The position numbers were made by a program, and so were the translations under genes. This document shows, one piece after another, positions 18,702-27,590 of a stretch of 64,000 nt of DNA. Numbering within the stretch: position 1 is the stretch's first letter; each line of letters opens with the position of its first letter. This stretch comes from Candidatus Latescibacterota bacterium (GTDB lineage: Bacteria > Latescibacterota > UBA2968 > UBA8231): the NCBI GenBank assembly GCA_965261395.1, contig OZ253462.1, positions 5,888,001-5,952,000 of the forward strand, written 5' to 3'. The notes below the pieces were generated by a model. The model ran no database searches. It was not told the origin of the DNA and saw only the letters and a list, made by a program, of their open reading frames with translations.

Positions 18702-21700
18702 CTACCGCAGCAGCACGAGTTTGCGCGTCAGGATGCCCTCGTCTGTCACCAGCCGGTACAGATAGATGCCGCTGGCTAGGGGGCGACCCACGTCGTCGCG
18801 GCCATTCCAGCGCAGCCGATGGTAGCCGGCCTGCTGGTGTCCCTGGCGCAGGACGGCCACTCGCTGCCCGATCATCGAGAACACCTCGAGGCGCGCCGGT
18901 CCTGGTTCCAACAGGAAGTAGGAGAGGACGGTCTGGCTGTTGAACGGATTGGGCGCGTTTTGCTGCAACTGGGTTTTCTCCGGCAGGCCGATCAACGCCT
19001 GGGCCTTAGCTGCCGGCTGGGACGGCGCCGCCATGTGGTAGGCGTAAATCTTGTCGTCCTCCTCGTCCGCCACCCATAGGGTCATGCCGTCCGCCCAGAG
19101 GCCCGTGGGGCTGTCGTTTCCAGCGGCTTGTAGGGTATTGAAATCGTTGTTGGGGTCTCGGGCCTTGGTGGACAGGTTATAGGCGTAAATCTTGTCGTCC
19201 GTCACGTCCGTCACCCACATGGTCGTGCCGTCCGACCAGAGGCCATAGAAGTAGGTGTTTCCAGCGGCTTGTAGGGTATTGAAATCCTTGGTTGGAACCC
19301 GTACCTTGGCGGCCATGTCGTACGCGTAGATCTTGTCGTCAGAACCGTCCGCTACCCACATGGTGATTCCGTCCGACCAGATGGCTTTGGGGTGGTCGTT
19401 TTCAGCGTCGTCCAAGGTATTGAAATCCTTGGTTGGAACCCGCTCCTTGGTGGCCATGTCGTACGCGTAAATCTTGTCGGTACCCCTTTCGTCATCGTCT
19501 GCGACCCACATGGTCGTTCCGTCGGACCAGATGCCTGTAGGGCGGTCGTTTCCAGCGGCTTGTAGGGTATTGAAATCCTTGGTTGGAACCCGCTCCTTGG
19601 TGGCCATGTCGTACGCGTAAATCTTGGTTCTACCAGAGGTGTCATTGAACCACCCCTCTAGAACCCACATGGTCGTTCCGTCGGACCAGATTCCCACAGG
19701 GGAAGAGTTTCCAGCGGCTTCTAGGGTGTTGAAATCAAACTTTGGGTTCCGGACGTAGGGGACGAGGAAGCCGGCGGTGACGGGTATTTCTACGGTGAGG
19801 GCGGGCCCGTCGTAGTTGGCGATGGCCTGCGCTTGCACCGTGAAGATCAGCGTGCCGTCGGTGGCCATGCCGCCGACGAGATCGCCGATGTACGTCAACC
19901 TGACCGTCACCACCGTGTCGCTCACGCGCCTTATGTCGGAAGAGCTGTCAAACGTTACGCCGAGGATGCCCGACATGGTCACGGCATATTGGATGGCGGA
20001 GAGATCCTGCTGGTAGGAACGGCTCGTTAGGGTCAGCGCCACCACGATGCCGTTCAGCGAGGACTCCCACAGCTGAGACGGGGATGCGACCACCGATTCC
20101 GCCACCGCGGTGACGGGTATTTGTGCGGTGAGCGCCGGCCCGTCGTAGTTGGCGATGGCCTGCGCCCCCACCGTGAAAGTCAGGGTGCCGTCGGTGGTCA
20201 GATCGCCGCTGAACGTCAACTCGACCGTCACCACCGTGTCGCCCACCCGATTTATGTCGGAGCGGTTGACCGTTACCTCGGCGATGCCCGACACGGTCAC
20301 GGCTTCCCGGATGGCGGAGATAGACCGCTCGTAGGGACGGCTCGTTAGGGTCAGCGCCACCACGCTGCCGTTCAGCGAGGACTCTCGTAGCGGAGACGGG
20401 GATGCAACCAGCGATTCCGCCAGTGCGGTGACGGGTATTTGTGCGGTGAAGGCGGGCCCGTCGTAGTTGGCGATGGCCTGCGCCCCCACCGTGAAAGTCA
20501 GGGTGCCGTCGGTGGTCAGATCGCCGCTGAACGTCAACTCGACCGTCACCACCGTGTCGCCCACCCGATTTATGTCGGAGCGGTTGACCGTTACCTCGGC
20601 GATGCCCGACACGGTCACGGCTTCCCGGATGGCGGAGATAGACCGCTCGTACGCTCCACCTGACAGCAGCAGTGCCACCACGCCGCCATCTACCGTCGCC
20701 TCCGTCAACGGGCCCGCCGTGGAGACGATTAGGGTTGGGGTTCCTTCCTCCCCTCCGGGTGCTTCTGGTTGTTGGGGTTGTTCGGGTTGCTGATCCCCGC
20801 TGTCGCCAACCGTCCCGACCGTGGACGATTCGTTGCTGTCGGTGACGTTGATGGTGACGATGATGGTGTCGGTGAGGCTACCATCGGAGACGGTGACAAC
20901 CACCGAATAGGCAGACTTCGTTTCGTAGTCCAGTGCCGCCTTGGTTTTTAACTGACCGGTCGTGGACTCTATGTTGAACGCCGCCGCATCGGTGCCGCGG
21001 AGGGTGTAGGTGAGCACGTCGTGGTCGGCATCGGTGGCGGCGATGGCGGTGCCGATGTTGACGCCGGCGGCCGTATGCTCCGCTATGGTGCGAGTGGTGC
21101 TGGCCCCGTCGGTGAACACCGGCGCGGTGTTCGCGAGAACCTCCTCTAGGTCGGTGACGTTGATCGGGACGATGATGGTGTCGGTGAGCGTTCCATCGGA
21201 GACGGTGACAACCACCGAATAGGCAGACTTCGTCTCGTAGTCCAGTGCCGCCTTGGTTTTTAACTGACCGGTCGTGGACTCTATGTTGAACGCCGCCGCA
21301 TCGGTGCCGCGGAGGGTGTAGGTGAGCACGTCGTGGTCGGCATCGGTGGCGGCGATGGCGGTGCCGATGTTGACGCCGGCGGCCGTATGCTCCGCTATGG
21401 TGCGAGTGGTGCTGGCCCCGTCGGTGAACACCGGCGCGGTGTTCGCGAGAGTACTGATGACTTCCAGCGGCAGGTCGTTGGCTTTGACGAGGGCGTAGCC
21501 GACATGGTTGGTGGGCAGTCTCGGCAAGGTGCCTATATCCACCGTGACCGCCGCCGTCGTGCCAGGGGTGCGCACCACGGTGAGGGGCGCGCTTGCTACG
21601 CTGCCGGCGGGGATCGTGAGGGTGGTTGCGCCGCCGCTGAGGCGGCCGTTGGTGACGTTAATCGGCAGCACGATCTCAAACGGTGCCCCGATGGGTGCCA

Positions 21701-23177
21701 CCGCCTGGACCTGATCCGCGCCAACCTGCTCTAACGAAAGGGTAAGCGGCAGCGGATCTACGGCGTTGCCATATAGGTAGAGCGTGGCCAGCGACGATAG
21801 CCCGTCAAACAGACCATTAGGCAACGAACTCAACTGGTTACCGTTCAAGTAGAGCGTCGTCAGCGACGACAGCCCGTCAAACAGGTCTGCTGGTAGCGTC
21901 GATAACTGGTTGTCATACAGGCGGAGTTCCACCAAGCGGGTCAGGCCCGCGAAGTCGTCGGCTTGGAGGGTTGTAATGCTTTGACCGTTCAGGAACAGAC
22001 TCGTAATGCTGGATGCTAACTGTGTCTGGGGCACGTCGTTACAATCGCTTACACTTGGCACGGCGGCCACGATCGCGTCGCGCACCTGCGGCGTGCGGTC
22101 GCAAAGGGTTATGGTTGGGGTACCCCCCTCCCCCCCGGGTGCTTCCGGTTGTTGGGGTTGTTCGGGTTGCTGATCCCCGCGGTCGCCAACCGTCCCGACC
22201 GTGGACGATAGGACTTCCAGCGGCCGGTCGCTGGCTTTGGCAAGGGCGTAGCCGGCATGGTCTGTGGGTAGCCCCGGCAAGGTGCCAATATCCGCCGTGA
22301 CCGCCGCCGTCGTGCCGGGGGTGCGCACCACGGTGAGGGGCGCGCTTGCCACGCTGCCAGCGGGGATTGTGAGGGTGGTTGCGCCGCCGCTGAGGCGGCC
22401 ATTGGTGACGCTAATCGGCAGCACGATCTCAAACGGTGCCCCGATGGGTGCCACCGCCTTGACCTGATCTGCGCCAACCTGCTCTAACGAAACGGCCAGC
22501 GGCAGCGGGTCAACCGAGTTGCCATCCAAGCGAAGCACGGCCAGCGACGACAGCCCAGCAAACAGGCTGTCAGGAAGGGTTGACAATTGGTTGTCGTCGA
22601 GTTCTAGGTGCGTCAGGTTGGTCAGGTTGCCCAGTTCTTTTGGAATGGTCCCCGTCAACTGATTGTCCGAGAGCACCAGTCGTTCTAGGTGGGTCAGGTT
22701 GCCCAGCTCAGCGGGGATTTCGCCGCTTAACCGGTTCTGATCGAGTTCGAGGTATCTCAGGTTGGCGAGGTGGCCCAACTCGGAGGGGATCTCACCGCTC
22801 AATCGGTTCTGATTGAGTACTAGGTATCTCAGGTGGGCGAGGTTGCCCAGTTCAGCGGGGATCTCGCCACTTAACAGGTTTCTTTCGAGACGCAGCTCAT
22901 ACACCTGGCCGACGTTTTCGGTGGAAACGCCTGCCCACTCGCCGAGGGGCTGGTTGCTGAGCCAGTTTGTCTTGTTCCGCCAACTGGGGCCATTGGTGGC
23001 GTTGTATAGCGCAACCAGTGCGACACTGTCGGAGTTTGCGGACTCGGACGTGAGAGCAGAGGTTGCCATCTGCTCGAACGCATCCCCGAGTTCGACCCCG
23101 TTCTGGGCGCGGCTGTCTTGCGCCAACAGAACAGCGACTAATAAGAAGGCGAGATGGAACAAGCGGTTCTTTTTCAT
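18702..23177 (-). CDS. Secreted mosaic protein: plant-type LRR, bacterial LRR-Ig modules, 2 cadherin domains, 3 Ig-like repeats, beta-propeller, FlgD-type C-terminal domain
   Basis: LSGEIPAELGNL repeats; NTAPVF...ATDADHDVLTYTL...ALDYETKSAY cadherin x2; GIWSDGTTMWV..DKIYAY repeats; LQQNAPNPFNSQT tail. Confidence 0.9.
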   Translation of the reverse strand: MKKNRLFHLAFLLVAVLLAQDSRAQNGVELGDAFEQMATSALTSESANSDSVALVALYNATNGPSWRNKTNWLSNQPLGEWAGVSTENVGQVYELRLERNLLSGEIPAELGNLAHLRYLVLNQNRLSGEIPSELGHLANLRYLELDQNRLSGEIPAELGNLTHLERLVLSDNQLTGTIPKELGNLTNLTHLELDDNQLSTLPDSLFAGLSSLAVLRLDGNSVDPLPLAVSLEQVGADQVKAVAPIGAPFEIVLPISVTNGRLSGGATTLTIPAGSVASAPLTVVRTPGTTAAVTADIGTLPGLPTDHAGYALAKASDRPLEVLSSTVGTVGDRGDQQPEQPQQPEAPGGEGGTPTITLCDRTPQVRDAIVAAVPSVSDCNDVPQTQLASSITSLFLNGQSITTLQADDFAGLTRLVELRLYDNQLSTLPADLFDGLSSLTTLYLNGNQLSSLPNGLFDGLSSLATLYLYGNAVDPLPLTLSLEQVGADQVQAVAPIGAPFEIVLPINVTNGRLSGGATTLTIPAGSVASAPLTVVRTPGTTAAVTVDIGTLPRLPTNHVGYALVKANDLPLEVISTLANTAPVFTDGASTTRTIAEHTAAGVNIGTAIAATDADHDVLTYTLRGTDAAAFNIESTTGQLKTKAALDYETKSAYSVVVTVSDGTLTDTIIVPINVTDLEEVLANTAPVFTDGASTTRTIAEHTAAGVNIGTAIAATDADHDVLTYTLRGTDAAAFNIESTTGQLKTKAALDYETKSAYSVVVTVSDGSLTDTIIVTINVTDSNESSTVGTVGDSGDQQPEQPQQPEAPGGEEGTPTLIVSTAGPLTEATVDGGVVALLLSGGAYERSISAIREAVTVSGIAEVTVNRSDINRVGDTVVTVELTFSGDLTTDGTLTFTVGAQAIANYDGPAFTAQIPVTALAESLVASPSPLRESSLNGSVVALTLTSRPYERSISAIREAVTVSGIAEVTVNRSDINRVGDTVVTVELTFSGDLTTDGTLTFTVGAQAIANYDGPALTAQIPVTAVAESVVASPSQLWESSLNGIVVALTLTSRSYQQDLSAIQYAVTMSGILGVTFDSSSDIRRVSDTVVTVRLTYIGDLVGGMATDGTLIFTVQAQAIANYDGPALTVEIPVTAGFLVPYVRNPKFDFNTLEAAGNSSPVGIWSDGTTMWVLEGWFNDTSGRTKIYAYDMATKERVPTKDFNTLQAAGNDRPTGIWSDGTTMWVADDDERGTDKIYAYDMATKERVPTKDFNTLDDAENDHPKAIWSDGITMWVADGSDDKIYAYDMAAKVRVPTKDFNTLQAAGNTYFYGLWSDGTTMWVTDVTDDKIYAYNLSTKARDPNNDFNTLQAAGNDSPTGLWADGMTLWVADEEDDKIYAYHMAAPSQPAAKAQALIGLPEKTQLQQNAPNPFNSQTVLSYFLLEPGPARLEVFSMIGQRVAVLRQGHQQAGYHRLRWNGRDDVGRPLASGIYLYRLVTDEGILTRKLVLLR

Positions 23178-23292
23178 CGGCGATCTCCTTTGGTTAAAGG
23201 ATTTCGACAGTAGCTTCTCCCTCTTGTCTGAGAGAGCTTCCGTGGACTTGAATTCATGGGAATTCGGGGGCCACGATGGTATCGGTTATGGG

Positions 23293-23360
23293 CATGGCTC
23301 TATCCTACATTAGATAAAGATAAACTTTAAGCGGACAGGGAATGTCCGTTGCGTCAAAAA
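23293..23360 (-). promoter_or_regulatory. Conserved operator/promoter element, copy 4 (followed by WYL N-terminal relic MPITDTIVAPEFP*, 23254-23295)
   Basis: Minus strand TTTTTGACGCAACGGACATTCCCTGTCCGCTTAAAGTTTATCTTTATCTAATGTAGGATAGAGCCATGCCCATAACCGAT. Confidence 0.82.
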
Positions 23361-23490
23361 AATTTAAATAGTGGGTCAATTTGAATTTTCAGTCAGGCGA
23401 AACTCATCTTAACCTTCCGCAACAGCAATCGGAACCTCAAGTAATTTCGCCTAAGCGGTGGGGCCGTACCGGCTTAGGAAGTGATAGAGG

Positions 23491-24417
23491 CTACGACAAC
23501 TCGCCGATTAGCCTGCGGATGTTGGCGTAGTTCGTCTGCATGGCTTCGAGCCGCGAGCCGCTTGCCGGCAGGAAGTGGGTGGCAATCGACAGGACGACGT
23601 CGCAGCGGTTGTCGCGCAGGTTGCGCAGGATCGTCGGGTAATCCACTTCCCCCTCGCCGATGGGCGCGTACTCGAATTCGAGCTTTGGGCCGTTTATGGT
23701 GCACAGATCCTTGGCGTGGACGCCGTGCAGGTAGGGGCGCAGGTTTTCGAATCCCGCGGTGGCATTATCGACTTCGCCGCAGTTGTAGTTGTCCGCCGGA
23801 CACCAGAGCACCTTGAAGCGCCGCGAGCCTACGGCTTCGACAATGCGGCGGAAGTTGCGGCTGGTGTTGCCGTAGTTCCACTGCATCATCAGGAAGGCGA
23901 TATCCACGTCGTATTGCTCGGCGAGGTCGGCGAACATGGAGAACGCCTCGACTAGCTTTTCCATGTCGCCGTCGGAGATGATGCCGCCACGGGTCGCCCA
24001 GCGCATGGGCCAGGTCGGCTTGCCGCCGGTGTACTCGGCCGGCCAGGCGAAGCTGCTGCAGCCGACTGCGGCGATTCCCAAGCGGGCCGAAACCTCCATC
24101 GACCGTTCCAGCTTGGTAAAATGATCCTTGAATTGGGCGTGTTCGAGCATCTTGCCCGGCTCAAGCTCGGCGAGGTGCACTGTCTTGAATAACCCAGCGC
24201 CGTCGAGCAGGAAAAACTCGAGACCGTGCGCGGCGACCTGCGCGGCGGCTTGGTCTATCTCGGCGTCGGAAAGCTCGTAGAAGCTGCGATTGTCGGAGTG
24301 GGTGCCGCACCAGACGTAGTGCGCGCCGAGATCGCGCGCCGTGGCCAGCGATTGCTCGAATGGCTGCTGCAGCTCTCCGAGGTAGATCCCCATCTTGAAT
24401 TCGTAGTGGTTGCTCAT
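23491..24417 (-). CDS. Sugar phosphate isomerase/epimerase (xylose isomerase-like TIM barrel)
   Basis: HGVHAKD, PIGEGEVDYPTILRNL motifs. Confidence 0.85.
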   Translation of the reverse strand: MSNHYEFKMGIYLGELQQPFEQSLATARDLGAHYVWCGTHSDNRSFYELSDAEIDQAAAQVAAHGLEFFLLDGAGLFKTVHLAELEPGKMLEHAQFKDHFTKLERSMEVSARLGIAAVGCSSFAWPAEYTGGKPTWPMRWATRGGIISDGDMEKLVEAFSMFADLAEQYDVDIAFLMMQWNYGNTSRNFRRIVEAVGSRRFKVLWCPADNYNCGEVDNATAGFENLRPYLHGVHAKDLCTINGPKLEFEYAPIGEGEVDYPTILRNLRDNRCDVVLSIATHFLPASGSRLEAMQTNYANIRRLIGELS

Positions 24418-24424
24418 GATTTCC

Positions 24425-25258
24425 CTATCCCCGCGACGGCTCGGCCATTTCTGCCCGCGCCTTCGCTGCTAGTTTTTTGAGGTGGCCGTCGTTGGCCATG
24501 CGCTGTTCGAGATGTACCATGCGGCGTTCACTTGCGGTGGCGATCATGGTTTCGCTGTACGCGCGCTCCGCCCAGAAGCGGGCCAGCCCGGCGATGTCTT
24601 GTTTGACGGTGTCGAGCTGATCGTCGGGCACGCGCACCATGCAGTTGATGGTGAACATGCGGCGACGACCACCGCCCCCGAAGGCCGCGTGTTTGAGGTT
24701 GTGCTGGAAGACGACGACGTCTCCTGGGACGATCTCCAGCGCGACGGCGGGTACCTGGTCGCCGGAGATGCCCCACTGCTCCGGCGATTGGCGCGCGTTT
24801 GCTTCGAGTGCATCAGCGTACTGATCGCGAAGTCGGTGGCTGCCTGGGATCACGCGCAGGCAGCCGGTGTCCCGCGTCAGGTGGTCGAGGTAGAAGGCGA
24901 TCTTGACGTGGCGCACTTCCTTCTGGTAGCCGTCGGAGTGCCACTGCGTGTCGCCGGCGTAGTAGTTGCCGTCGGAACTGCTGTAGTTGAAGTCGTCGCC
25001 GAGCAGGCTGGCCAGCAAGCCCTCGATGCGCGGATCGTCGAGCAGCGCGCACAGGCGCTCGTGTTGATCGATGAAAGGCACGATGCAGGAGCGCCGTTGG
25101 TCGTCGTGCGGGTTGCCGTCGTGGCCGCCGCCGCGCTCGGCCCAGACCTGCTCAAAGGCGTCGATGATTTCGTCGATGCAGTCGGCCATCAACCCCGGCA
25201 GCCCGAGGTAGCCGAAGGTGTCGAAAAAGTTGAGTTGCTGTTGGTTGAGACGGATCAT
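24425..25258 (-). CDS. Phytanoyl-CoA dioxygenase (PhyH) family protein
   Basis: LNQQQLNFFDTFGYL, WHSD, GCLRVIPGSH, PGDVVVF..NLKHAA; start set at MIRLNQ. Confidence 0.9.
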   Translation of the reverse strand: MIRLNQQQLNFFDTFGYLGLPGLMADCIDEIIDAFEQVWAERGGGHDGNPHDDQRRSCIVPFIDQHERLCALLDDPRIEGLLASLLGDDFNYSSSDGNYYAGDTQWHSDGYQKEVRHVKIAFYLDHLTRDTGCLRVIPGSHRLRDQYADALEANARQSPEQWGISGDQVPAVALEIVPGDVVVFQHNLKHAAFGGGGRRRMFTINCMVRVPDDQLDTVKQDIAGLARFWAERAYSETMIATASERRMVHLEQRMANDGHLKKLAAKARAEMAEPSRG

Positions 25259-25444
25259 GTGGTTTCTCCCGGAGCGCTTGACGGAGGATGGGGGAGGCGA
25301 TACTTTGGCCGCGACAGGCTTCTTGGATGCCACGTCCAATCTAACAAGGAGCATATCTTCATTCAATGGCTATACAGAAGAACGGATCAACGCCTCTCGC
25401 TGCTGTAGAATGGCATTTGATAGCGACAGACGCGGAGGGCCGCA

Positions 25445-26587
25445 ATGAAAATTGTTGATGTCGGTGCCGTGTTGCTTGAGCCCGTGTCTTGGGTGCTGGT
25501 GAAGGTGCGCACCGACGAGGGGATTACCGGCATTGGCGAGGCCTATCACGGGGCCGGCGTCCACCACATCGCCGTGGACGAACGCCTCACCCAACGCGCC
25601 CTCATCGGCCAAGACCCGCGCAACGTTGACAAGCTCTTCCGCGACATGAAAAGCTCGATGTCGGCGTCGGGGTACTACCAAGGCGCGGTGATGAGCGCGA
25701 TTAGCGGGATTGAGATGGCGCTGTGGGATATCACCGGGCAGGCGATTGGCGTGCCGATCTGGCAATTGCTGGGCGGCGCGTACCGCGACTCGATTCGCAT
25801 GTACAACGACTGTCACGCTGGCGACGAGGACGACAATCCCGAATCTTGGGTGGCCAAGGCCAAGGAAGTGGAAGCGCGCGGCTTTGACGCCATCAAGTTC
25901 GACATCGATCCGCGTCCCGACCGGCGCGACCACTACAATCGCACCATGAGCAACAGCGACATCGCCTTCCACATCGAAGTGGTCACGGCGCTCCGCGAGG
26001 CGCTGCATCCCAACACGGATTTACTCATCGACGCCCACTGGGCCTACGCTCCCCACGACATTCTCAAGGTTGCCTATGCTTTTGAAGCGCTGGATCTGAT
26101 GTGGTTGGAGGATCCGATTCCGGCTGAAAACGTCGCCGCGCTCAAGGAAGTGAAGACCGCGACGCGCACGCCGATCTGCACCGGCGAAAACCTGTACACG
26201 CGCCACGGGTTCCGCGAGCTGGTCGAGACGCAGGCGACGGATATTATCTCGCCCGATCTGGCCAAGGCCGGCGGCCTGTCCGAGGGCCGGCGCATCGCCG
26301 ATTTGGCCGACATTTATTACATCCCGATTTCACCGCACAACATCTGTAGCCCGATTGGCACCGTGGCCATGTGCCACACGTGCGCCGCGTCACCCAACTT
26401 TCAAGTGTTGGAGTTCCACCACCTCGACAACGAGTTGTGGAACAGCCTCACGGTGGAACGCGACCTGATCGTCAACGGGCACATCCCCTTGCCGCAGGCT
26501 CCCGGTCTTGGAGTCACCCTCGACGAGGAAGTGGCTCGCGGCGCGGCGCGCGAGGACCTCGGCTTCTTCGACGCGGAGTCGAGCTAA
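25445..26587 (+). CDS. Mandelate racemase/muconate lactonizing (enolase superfamily) acid-sugar dehydratase-like enzyme
   Basis: AISGIEMALWDITG, LLIDAH, WLEDP, CTGENL, ISPHN, PQAPGLGV. Confidence 0.9.
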   Translation: MKIVDVGAVLLEPVSWVLVKVRTDEGITGIGEAYHGAGVHHIAVDERLTQRALIGQDPRNVDKLFRDMKSSMSASGYYQGAVMSAISGIEMALWDITGQAIGVPIWQLLGGAYRDSIRMYNDCHAGDEDDNPESWVAKAKEVEARGFDAIKFDIDPRPDRRDHYNRTMSNSDIAFHIEVVTALREALHPNTDLLIDAHWAYAPHDILKVAYAFEALDLMWLEDPIPAENVAALKEVKTATRTPICTGENLYTRHGFRELVETQATDIISPDLAKAGGLSEGRRIADLADIYYIPISPHNICSPIGTVAMCHTCAASPNFQVLEFHHLDNELWNSLTVERDLIVNGHIPLPQAPGLGVTLDEEVARGAAREDLGFFDAESS

Positions 26588-26588
26588 C

Positions 26589-27590
26589 TTGTCGCTTAAC
26601 TACGTCTTCCGCCGCTTCGGGGTATTCCTGCTCATCGTGTGGGCAGGGGCTACCATCAACTTCTTGATGCCCCGGCTGGCCCCGGTGAACCCCATCCGCG
26701 AGCGCCTGTTGCAGGCGGTGTCCTTCGGCGGCGCGGGCAAGACCGACATGGAGGCCGTGGTGGCCACGTATGAGGCTCGCTTCGGTCTCGATCAGCCCCT
26801 GTGGAAGCAGTATCTGCGCTACCTCGGGGATGTGGCGCGCCTCGACTTCGGGGTTTCCATTGCCAACTTTCCGAGCCGCGCTTCTGACATCATCATGCGT
26901 GCTCTACCGTGGACGCTTGGGCTGCTGACGACGGCGACGCTGATCGCCTTTGCCCTCGGCACGGTGCTCGGCGCACTGCTGGCTTGGCCGCGATCACCCG
27001 GTGCCCTGCACTACTTTGCCGCGCCCTTCTTGGCGCTGTCGGCGATTCCCTACTACCTGCTCGGCTTGGTGCTCGTGTTCTTGCTGGGCTTCACTCTGGG
27101 CGCCTTTCCCCTCGGTGGCGGTTTCACCTTGGGAACGCTGCCTGGGCCGACCTTGGCTTTTGCCATTGACGTGATCTATCACTCCATCGTCCCCGCCCTG
27201 TCGATTGTGCTGTCGTCGGTGGGGTTTTGGGCTTTGTCGATGCGCGGCATGATGGTCACTGTCCAGGGCGAAGACTATGTCAACTACGCCGAGGCCCGGG
27301 GCCTGAAGAGCCGCGAGATTTTCTTCCGCTACGCCCTGCGCAACGCGCTGTTGCCGCAGACCACGGCCTTGGCGCTGGCTATGGGCTACGTGGTGTCTGG
27401 GGCCGTGCTGGTGGAGGTGGTGTTCGCGTACCCGGGTGTGGGGACGGTGCTGTACCGGGCCGTGCAGACTTTCGACTACTTCGTCATCTACGGCGTCGTG
27501 CTCATGGTTATCTTGGCTATTGCCTTGGTGACCCTGATCCTCGACTTGGTTTACCCGCTGCTCGACCCGCGCATTGCCTACCGCCGATGA
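26589..27590 (+). CDS. Peptide/oligosaccharide ABC permease (OppB-like)
   Basis: FGLDQPLWKQYLRYL, EDYVNYAEARGL, VLVEVVFAYPGVG; TTG start inferred. Confidence 0.88.
   Translation: MSLNYVFRRFGVFLLIVWAGATINFLMPRLAPVNPIRERLLQAVSFGGAGKTDMEAVVATYEARFGLDQPLWKQYLRYLGDVARLDFGVSIANFPSRASDIIMRALPWTLGLLTTATLIAFALGTVLGALLAWPRSPGALHYFAAPFLALSAIPYYLLGLVLVFLLGFTLGAFPLGGGFTLGTLPGPTLAFAIDVIYHSIVPALSIVLSSVGFWALSMRGMMVTVQGEDYVNYAEARGLKSREIFFRYALRNALLPQTTALALAMGYVVSGAVLVEVVFAYPGVGTVLYRAVQTFDYFVIYGVVLMVILAIALVTLILDLVYPLLDPRIAYRR

Noticed and set aside
7423-23360. The four conserved elements as integron attC-like recombination sites
   Set aside because: They lie 5' of genes with a fixed -10/RBS/ATG layout, lack attC structure, and no integrase is present; an operator is the simpler explanation.
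1-23500. Diversity-generating retroelement or shufflon as the source of LRR variation
   Set aside because: No reverse transcriptase, no TR/VR pair with adenine-specific differences and no invertase were seen in the window.
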